Positions 57,729 to 64,000 of a stretch of 64,000 nucleotides of DNA are shown piece by piece. Every line of letters begins with the position of its first letter. Within the stretch, counting starts at the first letter, position 1. Below the pieces are notes generated by a model that saw only the letters and a list, made by a program, of their open reading frames with translations, searched no databases and was not told where the DNA came from. The translations under genes and the position numbers were made by a program. Source of the DNA: an uncultured bacterium (lineage in GTDB: Bacteria; Abyssobacteria; SURF-5); NCBI GenBank assembly GCA_964607485.1, contig CAZSKP010000002.1:43907-107906 (forward strand). The letters run 5' to 3'.

Positions 57729-58991
57729 TTACGAAGCCGGCGCCCTCGCAGGACGCGCGAAAAATATCGTGGCCGCGGCAACGAGTTGAAGCAGGGCGAT
57801 TGTCATGAAACCCGTCGTGTACGTCTTCTGTATGTCGAACAAGTAGCCGACCAGCGGAGGCCCCAACACGCTGCCCATCATCGTGATCGGCGCCATGGAT
57901 CCCTGAATCTTCCCAAATGCCGCGCGGCCGAAGTATTCGCCCCGTATGGCCGGATTGAGCGGGATCGTGCCGCCAAACCCGATTCCGAACAAGGCGGCAA
58001 AGAGATAGAGAGAAATCGTGCCGTGGATGTTGACCAGGGCGAGAACGCCCGCGGCTTCGAGCGAGTAGGTGACCATGAAAAGGTAGCGCTTATCGACGAA
58101 ATCGCCCAGCCACCCGAAAGAAAGTCTCCCGATGATGCTCAGGAGCGTCGCGAGCCCGAGGCTGACAGCGGCTCTTTCGGCCGATATTCCGGCGTCGGTG
58201 AACGCGGGAACGGCGTGTACCGTGACCGTCGCGTGTGTCATGGCGGCAAGGAAAAACGCGAACGCGAGTATCCAGTATGTTCTCGACGTGAGTGCCTCGC
58301 GCAGGGTCCAATTTCTCTCGAGCGAGGGCGCTGGAACCGGTTCGTTCGGTACTGGGACGTTCCCTTCGTCATAATCTCCCGCAGACGGGTCGCCGTCCAT
58401 CCTGAGGTTCATGTCTTCGGGCTTCTTCCTGAGAACCAGAGAGAGCGGCAGTACAACCACCCAGACGGTTATGCCAATGATAACGAATGAGACGCGCCAT
58501 CCATACCGACCGATGAGCGCCGCCGCCGCGGGCGCGCACACGAAGCCGCCGACGCCGGCCCCCACCGCGAGCAGCGACAGAGCCCTCGAGCGCATGCGGA
58601 TGAACCAGTTCGCGATGACGGTCATCGCGGGTATGTACAACATCGCGCTCATCCCGATCGACAGCAGAGCGCCGTACACGAGGTAAAATGCCAGGAGCGA
58701 GTTGATGGTGTACATCAGCACGAAGCCCAGGCCCGCAACGACGCCGCCGCAGAACACCACGATGCGCGGCCCGTACTTGTCCACGGCCCAGCCGACCGCA
58801 GGGCCGGCGACACCGCCCTGGATGCCCCTGAACGAATACGCGGCTGCGGTCATCGCGCGCGTCCAGCCGAACTCGTTCATCATCGGCTTGAAGAACACGC
58901 CGAAACAGTAAAGCCACGTGCCGTAGCCGAGCAGACAGATGAGGTTCGTGGCGGCGACGATCCACCATCCATAGAAAATCTTTCGCCTCAT
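57729..58991 (-). CDS. MFS transporter (OFA/MCT-like)
   Basis: FYGWWIV, GWAVDKYGPR, GWLGDFVDKR, about 12 TM segments. Confidence 0.92.
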   Translation of the reverse strand: MRRKIFYGWWIVAATNLICLLGYGTWLYCFGVFFKPMMNEFGWTRAMTAAAYSFRGIQGGVAGPAVGWAVDKYGPRIVVFCGGVVAGLGFVLMYTINSLLAFYLVYGALLSIGMSAMLYIPAMTVIANWFIRMRSRALSLLAVGAGVGGFVCAPAAAALIGRYGWRVSFVIIGITVWVVVLPLSLVLRKKPEDMNLRMDGDPSAGDYDEGNVPVPNEPVPAPSLERNWTLREALTSRTYWILAFAFFLAAMTHATVTVHAVPAFTDAGISAERAAVSLGLATLLSIIGRLSFGWLGDFVDKRYLFMVTYSLEAAGVLALVNIHGTISLYLFAALFGIGFGGTIPLNPAIRGEYFGRAAFGKIQGSMAPITMMGSVLGPPLVGYLFDIQKTYTTGFMTIALLQLVAAATIFFARPARAPAS

Positions 58992-59311
58992 ACTTAAGAA
59001 AGCTCCCGCGCTCTTGCTGTCGAGAGGAAGACGATTCGGCTTTTTCCGGAAGGTTGAGGGCTGGGAAACACGACACTATTTTTTTATCACACGAACACTG
59101 CGAATGCAAATGGAAATTGGACATGACAGGACTGAACGGGGTAATATAGCAGTGGCAACCGCTGGATTGCAGAGGACCAAAGCATTCTTTCATATCCTTG
59201 TTGTTGCTAAACACGGAACAAAATCAGGGCCTCGTAGCCTTGATGTAGTAAGATGTGGTAAAATAAAGTGATTTGGATTGGTCAAACTGAATTTCCTACT
59301 AGAGGATAGCA

Positions 59312-60508
59312 ATGGCAAGATCTGTCGAAGCCCTAGTGAAGCCTGACTTGCTTATTTGGGCAAGAAATAACGCTGGTCTAACCGTCGAGCAAGCAGCGAA
59401 GAAGGCACAGGTGAAACCTGAGCGGCTAGAAAGTTGGGAAACGGGCGAAAGACGACCGACCATCAAGCAGCTTCGCAAGTTGGGGAATGCCTACAAACGC
59501 CCCCTGGCAGTTTTCTACTTGCCCGAACCACCCAAGGATTTCCAGCCAATACGTGATTTTCGTAGTTTTCCTGGAATCGTTGCAGGCGTCGAATCACCGA
59601 ATCTCAGATTTGAAATACGACAAGCTCGGGATCGGAGAGAGATCGCACTCGATTTGTACGAGGAACTCGAAGGTGAATTGCCGCAATTCTCCGCTGAAGC
59701 CAGTCTTTCCGACAATCCAGAGAAGCTAGCAATACAGATTCGGAACCGTCTTGGCATAACTCGAGAGATTCAATGTGGATTCAAGGACGAGTATAACGCG
59801 TTCAACTGGTGGCGGTCAGCGGTTGAAGATGCCGGAGTATTAGTTTTCCAGGCAACCGGCATCGACCTCTCTGAAATGAGAGGGTTTTCCATTAGTGAAA
59901 CCCCTTTGCCCGCGATCGTAGTTAATGTAAAAGACCTACCTCGGGCACGCGTTTTTACGATGCTACACGAGTTTGTCCATATCATGCTGCAAGATGGAGG
60001 CTTGTGTGACTTAAGGGAAGAAGCTCGTCGCGCTCCCGGGGATGAGCGTATAGAAGTGTTCTGTAACAGAGTTGCAGGTGCAATGCTTGTTCCAAGAGAT
60101 TCACTTTTGCAGGAAGACATTGTGCTACAGAAGGGGCGAGGTGCCGAATGGTCAGATGAAGACATCTTAACCCTTGCTAGGCGGTATCAAGTAAGCAGTG
60201 AAGTACTGTTGCGTCGTCTGTTGATTTGCGGGCGCACAACCAGAGAATTCTACCAGAGGAAGCGGAGAGAATTTGAGCAACAGTATGAGATGCTTGGTAG
60301 GCGCATTCGAAGTGGTCATGTACCTCCGTATCGCGTTGCAATAAGTAAGGCGGGTCCTATGTTTATTCGTCTGGTGTTGAGCAACTACTACCAAGAGAAT
60401 ATCACAACAAGTGATCTTTCCGATTTCCTTAACATCAAGCTCAAACACTTGCACAGGATTGAGGGAGAGATACTGGGCCAGTCGACTGAATTTGGGGCCG
60501 CTAGTTGA
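59312..60508 (+). CDS. Xre-HTH + ImmA/IrrE (Peptidase_M78) metallopeptidase
   Basis: N-terminal HTH (WETGERRPTIKQL), FTMLHEFVH, EVFCNRVAGAML. Confidence 0.92.
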   Translation: MARSVEALVKPDLLIWARNNAGLTVEQAAKKAQVKPERLESWETGERRPTIKQLRKLGNAYKRPLAVFYLPEPPKDFQPIRDFRSFPGIVAGVESPNLRFEIRQARDRREIALDLYEELEGELPQFSAEASLSDNPEKLAIQIRNRLGITREIQCGFKDEYNAFNWWRSAVEDAGVLVFQATGIDLSEMRGFSISETPLPAIVVNVKDLPRARVFTMLHEFVHIMLQDGGLCDLREEARRAPGDERIEVFCNRVAGAMLVPRDSLLQEDIVLQKGRGAEWSDEDILTLARRYQVSSEVLLRRLLICGRTTREFYQRKRREFEQQYEMLGRRIRSGHVPPYRVAISKAGPMFIRLVLSNYYQENITTSDLSDFLNIKLKHLHRIEGEILGQSTEFGAAS

Positions 60509-60969
60509 GATATAGTATTGACACCAGTGCAATCTTAGGTGCGTGGCGGAGACATTATCCTCCAGACGTCTTTCCGCTTGTCTGGAGAAAACTAGATGAT
60601 TTGATTAGTCTGGGTGATTTGATTGCTACAGAAGAAGTGCTAGTTGAACTGAAAAGGAAAGATGATGAGGTTTACGAATGGGCACGGAGACGCGAACATA
60701 TGTTCATCCCTATCAACGAGGAAGTTCAATTAGCTGTTGAGGATATTCTCCGAGATCACAAGAAGCTAATCGACCAGCGCAAAAGCCGCTCTGGTAGTGA
60801 TCCCTTTGTGATCGCTTTAGCCAAGGTCGAGAACTGTGTCGTCCTCACCGATGAGAAGCCTTCCGGCAGCTCAAAAAGGCCGCATATTCCCGATGTTTGC
60901 AATGCCCTCCGCATACCGTGGCGCAATATGCTGCAACTCTTCCGAGACCAAGGCTGGGTCTTCGATTAG
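60505..60969 (+). CDS. DUF4411 (PIN-like) protein
   Basis: YSIDTSA, EEVLVEL, SDPFVIALA, TDE, IPDVC. TTGA overlap with the upstream stop. Confidence 0.85.
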   Translation: MRYSIDTSAILGAWRRHYPPDVFPLVWRKLDDLISLGDLIATEEVLVELKRKDDEVYEWARRREHMFIPINEEVQLAVEDILRDHKKLIDQRKSRSGSDPFVIALAKVENCVVLTDEKPSGSSKRPHIPDVCNALRIPWRNMLQLFRDQGWVFD

Positions 60970-61003
60970 GAAAAGTCAAGATATCAATACAGGGGGAAAG
61001 ATT

Positions 61004-61579
61004 ATGAAAAAGTTCGCATTGCCGGCGGTAATGATGTTCTCTTTGTTTTTGAGTGCGTGGCTTCTGAGCGCATGCGGCAAGAAGGAACAGCCGGTCGAGG
61101 AAAAGACCGACGTATCCGCTGAGGCGGTTGAACAGAAAGCCGAGCCGGATGTCCACACCGAGCCGGCCGAGGAGGCCCAACCGCAGGCCGAGGAAGTCGA
61201 ACCGAAGGCCGAAGAGGTCTCGGCCGAGGATGTGAAAGAAAAGACCGAGGAGGCCCTCGAAGCCGCAAAGGCCTACACCGTGCAACAGAAGCAGGAGTAT
61301 CAGCAACGGATGGAGACCGAGCTGCAGGAGTTCAATCGTCAAGCTGATGCCACAATAAGCCAACTGAAAGCAAAGGCCGAGAAGGCGGAGGCCGAGACCA
61401 GGGAAAAGCTCGATAAGCAGATTGAGGAACTCCAGGAAAAGCAAAAGGACGCGCGGAAGAAACTCGACGAATTGAAGTCGGCGAGCGGCAAAGCCTGGGA
61501 GAACCTCAAATCGGAACTCGACGCCAAGATGAACGACCTGAAGAATTTCATCAAGGGCCTGATTCCGCCGAATGAATAA
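61004..61579 (+). CDS. coiled-coil lipoprotein
   Basis: MKKF...LLSAC lipobox; E/K/Q-rich helical body. Confidence 0.8.
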   Translation: MKKFALPAVMMFSLFLSAWLLSACGKKEQPVEEKTDVSAEAVEQKAEPDVHTEPAEEAQPQAEEVEPKAEEVSAEDVKEKTEEALEAAKAYTVQQKQEYQQRMETELQEFNRQADATISQLKAKAEKAEAETREKLDKQIEELQEKQKDARKKLDELKSASGKAWENLKSELDAKMNDLKNFIKGLIPPNE

Positions 61580-61637
61580 ACGTAGCCGAAGGTCGAGCTA
61601 TGCTTTCCACGGCACATGCATTTTCAGGAGGTGAAAA

Positions 61638-62024
61638 ATGCTGAAAGTGTTGACGATACTGATCGGATTGCTCATACTCGTCACGCGGGGATTGGGCGTT
61701 GTATCCCTCCCGAAGATGAAGAGCCTTATAACAGTAATCACCTCCCCCGCTTCCAGGATAAGGATGCTGGGAATTTTTGTACTTATCCTCGGCGTTCTCA
61801 TTTTCATTGCGCTCGGTGGCGACTGGGCCGGAGCGAGAGTGATAATGGGAATTTTTGGCATCCTGTGGCTGGTCGGAGGCGTCGTGCTCATTATTGTGCC
61901 GGAAAAATACGGCGCTTTGGTCGATTGGTTCATGAAGCTTCCCGACCAGACGTTGCGCATTCTCTTCGGCTTCGGAGTCGTCTTCGGCATACTCATCATC
62001 ATTCTGGGAATCGTCTATTATTAG
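61638..62024 (+). CDS. small integral membrane protein
   Basis: AGGAGG RBS, four hydrophobic segments. Confidence 0.75.
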   Translation: MLKVLTILIGLLILVTRGLGVVSLPKMKSLITVITSPASRIRMLGIFVLILGVLIFIALGGDWAGARVIMGIFGILWLVGGVVLIIVPEKYGALVDWFMKLPDQTLRILFGFGVVFGILIIILGIVYY

Positions 62025-62302
62025 AGGATAGAAGACGGGTGCTCGACGATCCGTGTTCCGCGCCCGGCCCAACGCGGACAACGCCGCATCCTGCATGGCG
62101 AAACCTCACCCGCGATGTCATACTATTTGAAAACCCCGCTCTCTCAATCTTCCAACGGCGAGATATGAATAAGAAGCTGAAAACGGAAATGGCTCGCTGT
62201 CTCTATGACAAGGGTGCGGACCTGGAAAACCTGGGCCAATGAGGCCAACAACTCGGCATCTGTCGAACACGACCGCCGACAAAACGCTATAAAGGGGGAG
62301 AG

Positions 62303-62758
62303 ATGAAGTACAGCGAGGGCAGCATCGGGAGAGTGTTCGTCGTAAGCCTTGACGACGGCGAGGAGCTTCCGCGCGCTATCGAGGAATTTGCGGCCCGGAA
62401 GGATGTCAGCCGCGCCATGTGCATCCTGATCGGGGGAATAGACGACGGAGGACAGATCGTGGTCGGCCCCAGGGACCGCGAGACGATGCCGCCGGAACCC
62501 GTCCTGTTCAGGCTCGCCGGAGTGCACGAGGTCGCCGCCGTCGGGACCATATTCCCCGACGATGCCGGTAAGCCGCGCCTCCACATGCATGCCGCACTCG
62601 GTCGCGACGGCGAGACGCGCGCCGGCTGCATCCGGCCCGGCATCGAGGTGTGGAAACTGGGCGAGGTGGTCCTGCTCGAGATTCTCAACAGCCCCGCACG
62701 CCGCAGGCGGAACCCCGCCACCGGGTTTGACGTTTTGGAAGCGCAGCCCGACGCGTAA
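62303..62758 (+). CDS. PPC/DUF296 domain protein
   Basis: GRVFVVSLDDGEEL, HEVAAVGTI, LHMHAALG. Confidence 0.88.
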   Translation: MKYSEGSIGRVFVVSLDDGEELPRAIEEFAARKDVSRAMCILIGGIDDGGQIVVGPRDRETMPPEPVLFRLAGVHEVAAVGTIFPDDAGKPRLHMHAALGRDGETRAGCIRPGIEVWKLGEVVLLEILNSPARRRRNPATGFDVLEAQPDA

Positions 62759-62770
62759 GGGCGGGCGGTC

Positions 62771-63919
62771 CTATCGTTTCTTCGCCATTTCGGTGATCGC
62801 GTCCCAGGCGTTATCGATTTCCTCGTTCGTCTTCAACATCTTGAACAGGAAGTCGCGCGTCATCGTTCCCGCTTGTTCCTCGGCTTTGAGCAGGCGCCAT
62901 GTGTCGGTGTCCTTCATAATCTCTATGCATCGGTCCATCGCCGCCCTGTCGGGAATGGATTTCTCTTTCGCCGTGTAAGCGCCCAGGAACTCGCCGGCCC
63001 TGTAGCCCATGCTCAATCCGCTCAGGATGCCCGAAGCTCCCTTCGCGCCCACTTGCCCGGCGGCGTCGCCGACCAGCGCCAGCCCGGGCCGCACAAAATC
63101 TTCCAGCATCCCCCCGAAGATGAGTTTGTCAACACTCGTCAGAACGTACGAGGCGTTCTCCAGCCGTTTGCTCAGGATCGGATGATTCTCCCGGTGTCTT
63201 TCCCAAACGGCGACGATGTCTGCGCTCTGGACTTCGCGGCTCTGGTCCCACAGGGTTATGCCGCACTCGGCGGACCCGCCTCCCTTCGGAAAAATCCAGA
63301 GTGCGCCCGCCGGCTCGTTGAGCAAGAAGAACTCCAGCACGTCCTCGTCGGGGATGTCCGCGTTCTCGACGACCACCTTGTAAGTGGAACAGATGGTGGG
63401 TGCGGGCAGGTTTGCCTGCCGCCTCAGCAGCGAGCTGTGTCCGTCGGCCGCTATCACCGCTCTGCTCCTCAGCGAAACCGATTCGCCTGCCGACGCGCAC
63501 GTAAGGCCGCACACCTGCTCGCGGTCGTCGAGAATCAGTTCCGTCGCGCTGGTGTTCAGAACAAGCTCTGCGCCCGCCTCGACGCACGCCCTGGCGATCT
63601 CGTGCACGAACGGACGATATTCGATCATCAACGATTCGGCGTCCGCCTTGAGTGTCATGTGCTTCTTGCACGACGGGCTGAAGATTCTTCTGCGCTTGCT
63701 CGTTCCGTTGATGAATGAGCTGGGCAGCGGCTTCCCCAACACCTTTGCGATTATCGTGTTGTCGCGCTTGATGACTTCGCCCTTGACCTTCGCGGCCACC
63801 TCGGGAGCGCCGTCGAGCACAAGCGTCTCCGCTCCCGCCCTGGCCGAAGCCGTGGCCGCCGCCAGTCCGGCCACACCCGCGCCCACGACGATCACGTCGT
63901 ATTCAGGCTGGAATTTCAT
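62771..63919 (-). CDS. geranylgeranyl-reductase-family FAD oxidoreductase
   Basis: DVIVVGAGVAG, IAADG, WIFPKG, VGDAAG. Confidence 0.87.
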   Translation of the reverse strand: MKFQPEYDVIVVGAGVAGLAAATASARAGAETLVLDGAPEVAAKVKGEVIKRDNTIIAKVLGKPLPSSFINGTSKRRRIFSPSCKKHMTLKADAESLMIEYRPFVHEIARACVEAGAELVLNTSATELILDDREQVCGLTCASAGESVSLRSRAVIAADGHSSLLRRQANLPAPTICSTYKVVVENADIPDEDVLEFFLLNEPAGALWIFPKGGGSAECGITLWDQSREVQSADIVAVWERHRENHPILSKRLENASYVLTSVDKLIFGGMLEDFVRPGLALVGDAAGQVGAKGASGILSGLSMGYRAGEFLGAYTAKEKSIPDRAAMDRCIEIMKDTDTWRLLKAEEQAGTMTRDFLFKMLKTNEEIDNAWDAITEMAKKR

Positions 63920-64000
63920 CGGCTCGTCTCATCCTGTCTATTTGAATGGGCGAGAACTTTTGCAGGGGCCTGTTCCGTCGCTCAATAATCCCTGCCCGCC

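Noticed and set aside
62165-62302. Short ORF MNKK...LENLGQ-TGA in frame with the DUF296 gene, a possible second Sec read-through
   Set aside because: No redox motif around the UGA, the downstream hairpin loops lack the SECIS G, and DUF296 has its own RBS. The peptide looks more like a TPR fragment.

Overview
This is a GC-rich bacterial window from a probable anaerobe; taxonomy cannot be fixed from sequence alone. The left half is a dense block of uncharacterised anaerobic catabolism. It holds a glycyl-radical enzyme with its activase, and a TetR-led operon (SdhA-like flavoprotein, Fe-S subunit, ADH, VOC, CMD, SDR). A GntR-led B12 mutase has a radical SAM-PDZ-DUF512 gene between its two subunits. 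A selenoprotein (UGSC motif, in-frame UGA plus SECIS hairpin) is missed by the ORF track and is coupled to a ferredoxin:thioredoxin reductase and a metallohydrolase. There is also an acyl-CoA dehydrogenase, a GlcD-like/CCG/ETF module, and a hydantoinase/oxoprolinase pair with an SCP2 fusion. The centre (35.8-52.3 kb) is a 16.5-kb head-to-tail array of seven Ser/Thr kinase genes, mostly kinase-TolB-like-TPR. They are joined by a recurrent ATGA-coupled junction, with three orphan kinase-start remnants and mosaic near-identical segments. The right end has msrAB, an hcp-DUF6448-ric-DUF488 nitrosative-stress cluster, an MFS transporter, an AT-richer Xre-ImmA/IrrE plus DUF4411 pair and a few small genes. 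An attC-like site lies at the very start. I recognised no rRNA, tRNA, CRISPR array or transposase. Family assignments come from motifs read by eye, not from database searches.
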